This document shows, in pieces, positions 27,450 through 36,054 of a DNA stretch of 64,000 bases. The position numbers were made by a program, and so were the translations under genes. Source of the stretch: an uncultured Chloroflexia bacterium (GTDB lineage Bacteria > Chloroflexota > Limnocylindria > Limnocylindrales > CSP1-4); assembly GCA_963714835.1 (NCBI GenBank), contig CAVQPX010000026.1, positions 14,256 to 78,255 of the forward strand. Reading direction: 5' to 3'. Each line of letters begins with the position of its first letter. The stretch's first letter is position 1. Below the pieces are notes generated by a model. That model was not told where the DNA came from. It made no database searches and saw only the letters and a program-made list of their open reading frames with translations.

Positions 27450-28444
27450 TCTCCTTCGGGATTGATCTCCACGCTACCAACGTTGACCGAGATGGTCACG
27501 TCCGCGTGGTTGGCTGCAGATGCGTAGTTCGGGCTCAGCCACGAGTCGCCCGATCGGGCGAACCCGGGGAATGAACTCGATGAGAGCTCGCTGTTCTCGC
27601 GGATCCGGACGCCGAGCTCTTCGGGCGTGCAGATCGACAGGCTTCCGGCGTTCACGTTCAGCGACGACGTGTAGTCGAATCCGGCCGGAAGGCGGATCGT
27701 CGTCGCTCCCGCGTTCGTCTCGAGGGCCAGGCTGCGGAGCGTCGCACCGGTCAGGTCAACGCGGACGTCGCCCGCGTTCACCTCGAGTGAGGCGACACCG
27801 AGTCGTGCCCCGCTGAGGTCGAGATCGCCTTCTCCGGCGTTGACCACCACGGAGAGGTCGATGAGGACGTCGGTCGGGAGCGTGATCTCCCAGACCTCCG
27901 GGTCCCATAAATCACCGAAGTGGAGGGTTCGATCGCCCGAGCTCACCATCAGGTGGCGGCCCGACGTGTCCAGCGTTCGGACCAGGCCGTTGCCGTCGGC
28001 CGTTCGTGCGCGCCAGCTGGATCCTGGTCCGGTTCGCACGGTCAGCTGACCGCACGACAGATCGAGGGTCACGGCTGCCGCACCGTCGAAGGTGCCGTCC
28101 TGCGTGCTGTACGACGCCGGCTCTCCCTGGCCGCAGTTGAGATCCAGCCGGGGAGCCGCCACCGCGACGCCACCGAGGAGCAACCCCGGCAGGATCGCCG
28201 CGGTGACCCCGGCCGCCAGGCTGACCCGCGTCCCGCGCAGCAACAGCGCCGCGCCCATCGCGATGACAACGAGCGGCCACAGCTCGAGGGCCCGCCAGAT
28301 GAGCTCGAGATCGAGCCAATCGGCCTGCCCGGCGAGCATCACGCCGGCCGTCACGATGAGGAACACCCCGAGATACAGGGTCTTCCGATTCACATGCATG
28401 TTCCATCCACCTCCCGGGACGTCATCCGATGTCACTTCGTTCAT
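27440..28444 (-). CDS. LiaF-like / DUF4097 (toastrack) cell-envelope stress protein
   Basis: N-terminal TM helices are followed by repetitive beta-strand units (VNAGEGDLDLSGARL..., VNAGDVRVDLTGATL..., TNAGATTIRLPAGF..., VNAGSLSICTP..., VNVGSVEI). Start at MNEVTSDD (28444) or MHVNRKT (28399). Confidence 0.7.
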   Translation of the reverse strand: MNEVTSDDVPGGGWNMHVNRKTLYLGVFLIVTAGVMLAGQADWLDLELIWRALELWPLVVIAMGAALLLRGTRVSLAAGVTAAILPGLLLGGVAVAAPRLDLNCGQGEPASYSTQDGTFDGAAAVTLDLSCGQLTVRTGPGSSWRARTADGNGLVRTLDTSGRHLMVSSGDRTLHFGDLWDPEVWEITLPTDVLIDLSVVVNAGEGDLDLSGARLGVASLEVNAGDVRVDLTGATLRSLALETNAGATTIRLPAGFDYTSSLNVNAGSLSICTPEELGVRIRENSELSSSSFPGFARSGDSWLSPNYASAANHADVTISVNVGSVEINPEGDCT

Positions 28445-28552
28445 GGATCGAAGGTACGGCGGTGGAGGCGCCTGCGCGAGCCTGCCACCCGGCATCTTCG
28501 AGGTGGGGTTATCCCCCCGCCGTGCCGGGCGTCTAGACTCGATCGTGATCGC

Positions 28553-29186
28553 ATGAACAGCAGCGCCGAGCCCGCGACGTTCCTCATCGCCGACATCTCC
28601 GGGTACACCGGCTACCTTGCCGATGTCGAGCTCGACCACGCCCAGGACATCCTCGCCGACCTCGTCGGGGCGATCGACTCGGCGCTCCGTCCGAACTTCC
28701 GGCTCGCCAAGCTCGAGGGCGATGCCGCCTTCACCTACATGACCGGCGACACCGGTCGAGATCAAGGGCGCCACGGGCGGGCGGCGAGGCGTGGGTGCGT
28801 CGAACCACTGCATGCACGGCAAGGACGCCGTGGTCGAGGAGATCCTCGACTGGCGGCCGTACGACTACACGACCGACCTGACGATCCTCGACACGCCGGC
28901 GGGCCATGTGAAGTTCCCGCACACGATGGAGTTCGAACCCACCGCCACCGGCACGACGATCCACATGCGCTTCGCCATGCCGAAGACGAAACGGGAGCAG
29001 AAGGTCGCGCCGGCGATCGGCGAGGCGTATGGGCAGGCGCTGCGATCCGTCATGCCGGAACTCGTTGCGCAGCTGGATGCCGAGATGGCGGCTCGGGCGG
29101 AGGGCCGCGACCCCGAACCCGAGCTGGCCGCGCCGAAGCCGGATGGCGTGCTGGCAGGGATCCAGCCGCTGGTCATCGTCGGTTGA
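28553..29186 (+). pseudogene. DUF2652-like N-terminal fragment joined out of frame to an SRPBCC-like C-terminal domain (internal deletion)
   Basis: Frame 1 reads MNSSAEPATFLIADISGYTGYLADVELDHAQDILADLVGAIDSALRPNFRLAKLEGDAAFTYMTGD and then becomes Arg/Gly-rich nonsense. From about 28755 another frame reads VEIKGATGGRRGVGASNHCMHGKDAVVEEILDWRPYDYTT..., which corresponds to the far C-terminal part of full-length family members as I recall them. Confidence 0.5.
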
Positions 29187-29241
29187 TCGTTACTCGAACG
29201 CCGCCCTCGAGCCTTGTCGCGCCTACCACCGCCGCGACGTC

Positions 29242-30693
29242 CTAGCGAAGCTGCTCGGGGCCTCGCCAGGGACGATCCTCGCGCACGCCGAACAGCAGGC
29301 GGCTGCGGGCGTCCATGCTCGCGGCCATCGTCTCGCCGAGATCCAGAGCCCGGATGGCCTCGGTACTGCAGTGGCGCGTGATGAGGTCGCGGGCCGAGTC
29401 AAGCTGATCCGTCGCGACAAGGGCTTCTGCGGCGGCCGCCACGGTCATGAGCGCCCCGGCCTGATCGCGTTCGAAGGCCTCCCAGACGGGGGTGACCTCG
29501 GGCAGGAACAGCTCGTGATGCTCCGCGAGGAGGTAGAGCAGGCGCTTGAAGACCGCGACGGCGGACCGGGTCGCCTCGACCCGCTGCGAGACCTCCGAAG
29601 GCGCGTCCAACCGTTCCGAATCCTCGACGAACGTGGCCGAATCGCCTTCGTTCAGGTAGCGATGCTGACGGAACTCGGGCGGGATCGTGCGCACGCCCAC
29701 GAAGAACGGCGTGAACGGCGCCGCGATCGGGCCGACCGGGGTGTGCCAGAGGAGGCGCAGGTCGGCGTGCGTTGCCGGCCGGAGGGGGACGACCTGGCCG
29801 TACCCCGCCGTGTCGCCCGTGAAGCGCTCGGTGCGGACGGCCCACATCACGTCGGCGAGGGTGATGCCGTCGCCGGCGGCCGCGCGCCGGGCCAGCTCCT
29901 CTTCCATCCACGCGACGCCGGCCCATCGTCCCTTGCCGTCGCCGTAGATCGCGTTGACATCGAAGGGTCCCTCGTCCGGCGTGTACCAGCCTTGCTCGAC
30001 GGCGAAGGACACGAGGTGGTCCGCACCCAGGGAGTCGGGGTGAGCTGACTGAGCGGACCTAGCGGACTGATCGGCGAAGTCCGCCGGGATGGTCCCGATG
30101 TACCCGGGCCGGCTCACGCGGATCGCGTCCGAGCCCAGACGCTCCGCGACCCACAGGCCCTGGCCGCCGGCGAATTCGATGACGACCCACGCCTCGTCGG
30201 CATCGGCGATGAGGTGCGAGTTGCCACCGTACGTCGACTCTCCGTGGGCGCCGATGAGCTGGCCGATCAGCTCGACTCCCTCGCGCGCTGTGCGCGCTCG
30301 TTCGAGGACGATCCGGGCCAGGTCGCTGTACGTCGGGCCGGACTGATCCGACGGCGTCATCGCCACGAGCCGTTCGTGACTGGGCGACCAGACGTCCCGC
30401 ACGGCCACCCCGTGTTCGTTGAGTCCGCCGTTCGTCAGCGGCCCCGGCATCCCGCGGTAGTGCGAGTAGCTCACGCGCAGGTGCCGGGCCGTCTCGGCCA
30501 CCTGGGGAATGGAGGTTCGCCGGCCGGGCATGGCCGCGGCCGGTGTCACGCCGACCTCGATCAAGGCCCCGGGCGGATGCTTCGCGCGAGGGACGATCTC
30601 GAGCCAGTGGCCGGACGGTTCGTCGCCGTACCCCGCGAGGTAGGCGTGGCCATCGGCGGTCAGGTCGCTCCCCACGTAGATCGCGTAGCTCAT
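29242..30693 (-). CDS. C69-family-like (Ntn-hydrolase fold) dipeptidase homologue with Ser at the nucleophile position
   Basis: MSYAIYVGSDLTADG...NGGLNEHGVAV...YGGNSHLIADADEAWVVIEFAGG parallels the C69 pattern MCTtilvGk.as.DGS...NE.GV.i...g.s.iiaD..EaWvlE. Residue 2 is Ser instead of Cys. The ATGA overlap with the upstream gene fixes the start. Confidence 0.7.
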   Translation of the reverse strand: MSYAIYVGSDLTADGHAYLAGYGDEPSGHWLEIVPRAKHPPGALIEVGVTPAAAMPGRRTSIPQVAETARHLRVSYSHYRGMPGPLTNGGLNEHGVAVRDVWSPSHERLVAMTPSDQSGPTYSDLARIVLERARTAREGVELIGQLIGAHGESTYGGNSHLIADADEAWVVIEFAGGQGLWVAERLGSDAIRVSRPGYIGTIPADFADQSARSAQSAHPDSLGADHLVSFAVEQGWYTPDEGPFDVNAIYGDGKGRWAGVAWMEEELARRAAAGDGITLADVMWAVRTERFTGDTAGYGQVVPLRPATHADLRLLWHTPVGPIAAPFTPFFVGVRTIPPEFRQHRYLNEGDSATFVEDSERLDAPSEVSQRVEATRSAVAVFKRLLYLLAEHHELFLPEVTPVWEAFERDQAGALMTVAAAAEALVATDQLDSARDLITRHCSTEAIRALDLGETMAASMDARSRLLFGVREDRPWRGPEQLR

Positions 30694-33161
30694 GGCCCCG
30701 TCTCCGCCGCGACTCCGTGCGGAGCTCGATCGCGCAATCGAAGACCCTGCGGGTCGTACGGGAGTTCGGGCAGGATGCGGGCGGTCCGGGGCTCGCCAAC
30801 GATATCGATCGTGAGCTCGGGGTTCGACGCGACCAGCGTTGTGTCGACGTAGGCAAGCGCCAGGCTCGTGCCGACGTGGTGGCCGTACGCGCCCGAGGTC
30901 ACCGCGCCGACGAGACGCCCATCGATCCAGATCCCATCGTCCTTCGAGGCGTCGGCGTCGGCCGCGTCCACCTCGAGGAGCACCAGCCGGCGCGGCGGGC
31001 CCGCGTCGCGATCGCGGAGGGCCGCCTCGCGCCCGATGAAGTCGCCCTTGTCGAACGCGACGAACCGATCGAGGCCCGACATCCCGGGCGTGATGTCCTG
31101 GCGGAACTCGGCCGACCAGATCCCGTAGCCCTTCTCGAGTCGCAGGCTATCCAGCGCCCGATCGCCGATGAGGCGCAGCGCATGAGGACGGCCCGCCTCG
31201 CGCAGTTCCTCCCAGAGTGCGCGGTGCTGCTCCGCTGGCACGACGATCTCGTACCCGAGCTCGCCGGTCAGCGAGATCCGCCCGACGACCGCCTCCGCCG
31301 CGGACCCCACGCGCATCGTCCGCGCCGTGAGGAACGGGAACGCCGCGCCCGAGACGTCCTCACTCGTCAGCCCGGCCAGGATCGCCCGCGAGGACGGCCC
31401 GGTCACGAGGAATCCCATCCGTTCCTCGGACAGGTTGCGCAGGGACACACCCCCAACGGGGAGCGGGCCATCGGGGAGCTGGCTCCGGAACCAGCGCATG
31501 TGCCAGTCCTGGAGGTAGTAGGAGCCGGTCAGCCAGAACCGATCCTCCGCGAGCCGCGTCACGGTCAGGTCGCCCATCAACTTGCCCGACGGCCCCAGCA
31601 TCGGCGCCAGCCGGATCCGCCCGACCTCCGGGATCCGGGCCGCCAGCAGGTGGTCCAGCCAGGCTTCGGCGCCCGGCCCGCTGACCTCATAGCGCGAGTA
31701 CTGGGCGATCTCCGTGGCCCCGGCGCCGCCGCGGACCGCGGCCACTTCCTCGGTGACGAAGGGCTCAGCGTTCGACCGCCCGAACGCCGCGACCTCCTCG
31801 AAGTCCGGATCGGGCGCGAAGTAGAGCGGCACTTCGAGGCCCCAGTTCACCGTGAACCGGGCGCCGGCATCCGTAAGCGCTTCGTAGCACGGCGTCGTCT
31901 TGAGCGGCCGCGCGGCCGGCAACTGCTCGTTCGGATAGGCCATGACGAAGCGGCGCGCGTAGAACTGCGCCGTCGTCGCCCGCAGGTACGCGTCCTCCGC
32001 CGCGTACGGCCCGAACCGGGCCACGTCCATCCCGAAGGCATCGAAGCCCGGATCGCCATCGATGATCCAGTTCGCCAGGACGAGGCCCGCGCCCGCGCTC
32101 TGCGAGAACCCGGCGAAGACACCGCAGGCCGCCCAGTAGCCGGGCAGGCCGTCGACGGGACCCACGAGCGGGTTGCCGTCCGGGGCGGTCGTGATCGCGC
32201 CGTGGACCCACTTCCGGATGCCCACGTCGCCGAGCACCGGGAAACGCTGATTCGCGAGCTTGAGCTCGGGCGCGATCCGATCGATGTCGGGCGGGAACAG
32301 GGTCATCCCAAAGTCCCACGGCGCGCCGTCCACCTCCCAGTGCGTGGGTCGCTCCTCGTAGACGCCGAGCAACAGCCCGTTGCCCTCGCGCTGGAGATAC
32401 GTGAAGCCCTCGAGGTCCGTGACGGCCGGCATCAGGCCTTTGTACGCGGCGATCGCGGGGATCTCCTCGGTCACGAAGTAGTGGTGCGGCATCGGCACGA
32501 TCGGGTGGTCCACGCCGACCATCCGGCCCACCCGCCGGGCCCAGAGACCCGCCGCGTTCACGACGTGCTCGGCCACGACGGTGCCCTGCTCCGTCACGAC
32601 GTCCCAGTCACCGTCGGGGCGACGCGCCAGGGCCGTCACCCGGTTCCCCTGGACGATCTCCGCGCCCCGCGCGCGGGCAGCCGCCGCATACGCGTAGACC
32701 GCCCCGTTCGGATCGAGATTGCCCTCGTCGGGATCGAAGAGCGCGCCGTGCAGGCCGGTCGTATCGATGATCGGGACGAGCGTGGCGGCTTCGGACGGGG
32801 TCAGCAGGTAGGCCCCGTCGTTGCCCTGCGCGCGCATGAGCGCGAGCTCCCACTTCAGCCAGCGCCAGCGCTCCGCCGTCCCCGCGAGTTCGAGGCCGCC
32901 CGACGCCTTGAGCCCGAGCGCCTGGCCGCTCTCGGCCTCGATCTTCGGATACATGTTCATCGTGTAGCGCTGGAGCGCCGCGATCTGCGTGTCGGCGTTG
33001 ATCCCGTGGAAGCCGCCGGCCGCGTGCCACGACGAGCCGGCAGTGAGCCGGTCGCGCTCGATGAGCGCCACGTCCGTCAGGCCGCGCAACGCGAGGTGAT
33101 AGGCGACGCTCACACCCGCGATCCCGCCGCCGATGACCACGACGCGGTACTGGTTCTTCAT
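30690..33161 (-). CDS. FAD-dependent oxidoreductase fused to aminomethyltransferase (GcvT) folate-binding domain; dimethylglycine/sarcosine dehydrogenase family
   Basis: YRVVVIGGGIAGVSVAYHLALRG...SSWHAAGGF is a DAO-type FAD domain. The C-terminal half has GcvT-like motifs (ISLTGELGYEIVVP...RALDSLRLEKGY). Start at MKNQYRVVV (33161). Confidence 0.85.
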   Translation of the reverse strand: MKNQYRVVVIGGGIAGVSVAYHLALRGLTDVALIERDRLTAGSSWHAAGGFHGINADTQIAALQRYTMNMYPKIEAESGQALGLKASGGLELAGTAERWRWLKWELALMRAQGNDGAYLLTPSEAATLVPIIDTTGLHGALFDPDEGNLDPNGAVYAYAAAARARGAEIVQGNRVTALARRPDGDWDVVTEQGTVVAEHVVNAAGLWARRVGRMVGVDHPIVPMPHHYFVTEEIPAIAAYKGLMPAVTDLEGFTYLQREGNGLLLGVYEERPTHWEVDGAPWDFGMTLFPPDIDRIAPELKLANQRFPVLGDVGIRKWVHGAITTAPDGNPLVGPVDGLPGYWAACGVFAGFSQSAGAGLVLANWIIDGDPGFDAFGMDVARFGPYAAEDAYLRATTAQFYARRFVMAYPNEQLPAARPLKTTPCYEALTDAGARFTVNWGLEVPLYFAPDPDFEEVAAFGRSNAEPFVTEEVAAVRGGAGATEIAQYSRYEVSGPGAEAWLDHLLAARIPEVGRIRLAPMLGPSGKLMGDLTVTRLAEDRFWLTGSYYLQDWHMRWFRSQLPDGPLPVGGVSLRNLSEERMGFLVTGPSSRAILAGLTSEDVSGAAFPFLTARTMRVGSAAEAVVGRISLTGELGYEIVVPAEQHRALWEELREAGRPHALRLIGDRALDSLRLEKGYGIWSAEFRQDITPGMSGLDRFVAFDKGDFIGREAALRDRDAGPPRRLVLLEVDAADADASKDDGIWIDGRLVGAVTSGAYGHHVGTSLALAYVDTTLVASNPELTIDIVGEPRTARILPELPYDPQGLRLRDRAPHGVAAETGP

Positions 33162-33386
33162 GACGGTGGAGGATATCCGGCGACTCCAGCTGATGATGGC
33201 CGCGGTCCGCGGTGCGCCACTCGGTCGGACCATGGGTGTCGTCGGGTCATCGCCCTCGGTCGGGACCGATCAGACAGGGTGCCATCGGCCAACGGTGCAA
33301 CAGCGATCTTGGTACGGGGGAAACTTTTCCCACTGTGCGATGCCTCAAGGATGTGGGACCGTCGAAGCCCGTCGGTCTGTCACGCC

Positions 33387-34664
33387 ATGACAACCCGTCG
33401 CGATACCGGAGCCGGCTACCACGTGATCACCACCGGATCAACCCAGCGACTCCTCGGTGGGCCTGCGTTCTCAACGGGCGCCGAGCGCCTTGATGAGCAC
33501 CTCGCCAGGCTCGGGCCCGTGCCCCCGAACGTCGCCCGAGAGCTCATCTCGAGCCTCGAGGCGAGTGGTCTCCTCGGGCGTGGCGGCGCGGGGTTTCCCG
33601 TGGGTCGCAAGTGGCGAGCGCTCGCCGAGCGACGAGACGGCAAGGCCGTCGTGCTCGCCAATGGCGCCGAAGGCGAGCCGGCGAGCCACAAGGACCGGAT
33701 CCTCATGGCCACGCGGCCACATCTCGTGCTCGATGGCGCGATCCTGGCCGCCGACGCGATCGATGCCGACGAGATCGTCTTCTACATCGGTATGGAGCAC
33801 GTCGCGGCCACCACGGCGATGCGCCGCGCGATCGACGATCGCCGCGCCGAACTGCGCCAGATCGTCCGGTTGGCCATCGCGCCGATCAGCTACGTGGCGG
33901 GAGAGGCCTCCGCGGCCGTCAACTTCGTGAACGTCGGCGACGCGCGCCCGACCACGACGCCTCCGCGCGTCTCCGAACGCGGCGTCCATGGCCGACCGAC
34001 CCTCGTTCAGAACGTCGAGAGCCTTGCCTACGCGGCGCTGATCGCCCGGATGGGCGACCGCTGGTATCGAGCCGCTGGTCGAGACGCATCCCGCGGCACC
34101 GCGCTCGTGACCGTCACAGGTGTGGGCCGGGCCGACGGCGTCCGCGAGATCGAACTCGGCACGACCGTCGGAGAGATCGCGTCGGCTTCCGGAGTTTCCT
34201 CCTCGTCCATCCAGGCGGTCGTGATCGGCGGGTACTTCGGGACGTGGGCTCCCGCGCGGACGGTCTGGGACCTTCCCCTCGACCCGGCGATCCTCAAGCA
34301 ACAGGACCTCACGTTCGGGTGTGGCGTCGTCGGGCTGCTGTCGAACAACGTGTGCGGCGTCGCCGCCACCGCGCAGATCGTCGCCTACATGGCGAAGGAG
34401 AGCGCCGGCCAGTGCGGTCCGTGTCTGTATGGGTTGAAGTCACTGGGAGAGGCGACGACCCGCGTCGCCGAGGGACAGGCCGCTTCCCACGAATTGACCG
34501 ACATCCAGCGCTGGACGCGCCAGATCCCGGGCCGCGGTGCGTGTCACCACCCGGATGGTGCCGTCCAGCTCATGACCAGCGCCCTGAACGTGTTCGGCGA
34601 TGAGTTCGTCCACCATGCCAGCACGGGCCGGTGTTCGATCACCGGCGGCCGGATCGCGGCATAG
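33387..34664 (+). CDS. NuoF-like FMN/NADH-binding iron-sulfur flavoprotein (NADH-quinone oxidoreductase subunit F family, stand-alone)
   Basis: LLGRGGAGFPVGRKW is the FMN Gly-rich loop. ESAGQCGPCLYG...GRGACHHPDG are 4Fe-4S ligand motifs. Only the last 426 codons of the 1373-aa ORF in the track are judged real. Confidence 0.8.
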   Translation: MTTRRDTGAGYHVITTGSTQRLLGGPAFSTGAERLDEHLARLGPVPPNVARELISSLEASGLLGRGGAGFPVGRKWRALAERRDGKAVVLANGAEGEPASHKDRILMATRPHLVLDGAILAADAIDADEIVFYIGMEHVAATTAMRRAIDDRRAELRQIVRLAIAPISYVAGEASAAVNFVNVGDARPTTTPPRVSERGVHGRPTLVQNVESLAYAALIARMGDRWYRAAGRDASRGTALVTVTGVGRADGVREIELGTTVGEIASASGVSSSSIQAVVIGGYFGTWAPARTVWDLPLDPAILKQQDLTFGCGVVGLLSNNVCGVAATAQIVAYMAKESAGQCGPCLYGLKSLGEATTRVAEGQAASHELTDIQRWTRQIPGRGACHHPDGAVQLMTSALNVFGDEFVHHASTGRCSITGGRIAA

Positions 34665-34665
34665 C

Positions 34666-34890
34666 GTGGACAGCAAACTCAAGGTGGACTGGATCAAGTG
34701 CGATGGCTACGGCCTGTGCGGTGACCTCGCTCCGGAGCTGATCGACCTCGACGAGTGGCACTACCCGATCATCCCGTCAGGACCGGTCGAGCGCAGGCTG
34801 ATCTACGCCGCCCACCGAGCCGTCGACTGCTGCCCGATGAAGGCGCTCACGCTCGTGCCGCTCTCGGCAGATGCACGCCGCGCTTCATAG
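34666..34890 (+). CDS. Small single-cluster ferredoxin
   Basis: KVDWIKCDGYGLCGDLAPELIDLD...AHRAVDCCPMKAL shows the CxxxxxC...CP ligand pattern of actinobacterial 3Fe-4S/4Fe-4S ferredoxins. The GTG start is 2 nt after the nuoF-like stop. Confidence 0.7.
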   Translation: MDSKLKVDWIKCDGYGLCGDLAPELIDLDEWHYPIIPSGPVERRLIYAAHRAVDCCPMKALTLVPLSADARRAS

Positions 34891-34953
34891 GGTCCGCACC
34901 GTCGCCGATCGGGGCCGGCCGAGCCGTGAGGGCTCTCTGGCCCCGGGACCGGC

Positions 34954-35475
34954 CTAGGCGCCCTGAGTGACCGTCGGCTCGGTCTCGGTCAGGCGCCCGT
35001 CGCTGTCGGCGTAGTCCCAGACGTCGATCGCCGGAGGCTCGATCCCGAGGATCGTCAGGCTGGTGCAGACCTGGCTGCGATGGTCTGTCCCGTGATGGAG
35101 CGCCTGGGCGAGCCGGACGCCGAGCGGGGCGCCGCTCTCGGAGCCGTCGTCACGATGGCGGACGATGGGCGTGGCCGGATCCAGATCGCCGGCGATGACC
35201 GACGCCCAGACGGGGCCGTTCGCCTCCATCGCCACACGGAGCTCCGGCAAGTCAAGCTTGTCCTCCTCGATCTCCGCGACCGCGCCGCCGGACAGCAGCG
35301 ACAGGTACGCGCGATCCGCGCCGACCGTGTGGCGGATCGTCGGGAGGATCGGGCCATAGATGCCGGGTGATTCCATCGCGAGCTGCTCATCGGTGAGCTC
35401 CGCGCAGGCATCGATGATCTGGAGCGTGGCCCAGATGTGGTGTTCGAAGGCGTCGGCGAGGATGGATCGCATCAT
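34954..35475 (-). CDS. DinB-family (DinB_2 / mycothiol-dependent enzyme-like) protein
   Basis: MMRSILADAFEHHIWATLQIIDACAELTDEQL...LHHGTDHRSQV shows the DinB four-helix His-triad pattern. Confidence 0.75.
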   Translation of the reverse strand: MMRSILADAFEHHIWATLQIIDACAELTDEQLAMESPGIYGPILPTIRHTVGADRAYLSLLSGGAVAEIEEDKLDLPELRVAMEANGPVWASVIAGDLDPATPIVRHRDDGSESGAPLGVRLAQALHHGTDHRSQVCTSLTILGIEPPAIDVWDYADSDGRLTETEPTVTQGA

Positions 35476-35615
35476 GGGCGCACGGTACAACGTCCGGCGG
35501 TGACACGGCGACGATCTGGCCCAGAGCGCACGTATTGACGGGTGCCCTACCATGCTGGTACGCACATGCACGGACAAGTTGCGCGCGATGCGTAGTAGTG
35601 GCTGGAGGCGCCTGA

Positions 35616-35999
35616 GTGAGCGACGAGACCGGTACGGTGGCTGATGCGGCGAGGATCGAGAGCGTCGGCAGCAGCGAGAGCCTCGTGGTCCATGACATTC
35701 GATCGCAGCCAGGCGTGGACACGGTCGAGGGGAAGTACGTCAAGCTGATCTTCGGATCGAGCATCCGCTCGCAGACGCTGGAGCTGCCGGCCGGGATCGA
35801 GATGGACCTGCACGCACACCCGCGCGAGACACTGGTGTATACGATCTCAGGTCGGTGGGTGCACAAGCACGACGCCGACAGCGTCGCGATGGAGGAGGGA
35901 GACTTGGTCTATTTCCCCGCCAATGCGGCGATCGCCGCCGACGTTCCCTACGACGAGCCGGCCCTCCTGCTCGTCATCAACGGCGACTTGCCGAACTGA
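35616..35999 (+). CDS. Cupin-domain protein
   Basis: 127 aa. GIEMDLHAHPRETLVYTISGRW...EEGDLVYFPANAAI fits the cupin motif 1/2 spacing (G.....H.H......yvl.G / G....f.p......). Confidence 0.65.
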   Translation: MSDETGTVADAARIESVGSSESLVVHDIRSQPGVDTVEGKYVKLIFGSSIRSQTLELPAGIEMDLHAHPRETLVYTISGRWVHKHDADSVAMEEGDLVYFPANAAIAADVPYDEPALLLVINGDLPN

Positions 36000-36054
36000 G
36001 CCACCATCCACGTCCCCGGATGTCGAACCTAAGGAAGGGACCCGCATCGTGAAC

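Noticed and set aside
30543-33386. The first roughly 950 codons of the 1373-aa plus-strand ORF (30543..34664)
   Set aside because: This part lies antisense to the well-supported dimethylglycine-dehydrogenase-like and C69-like genes and is Arg/Gly/Pro/Asp-rich with no motifs. This is typical of GC-driven open frames. Only the last 426 codons (NuoF-like) look real.
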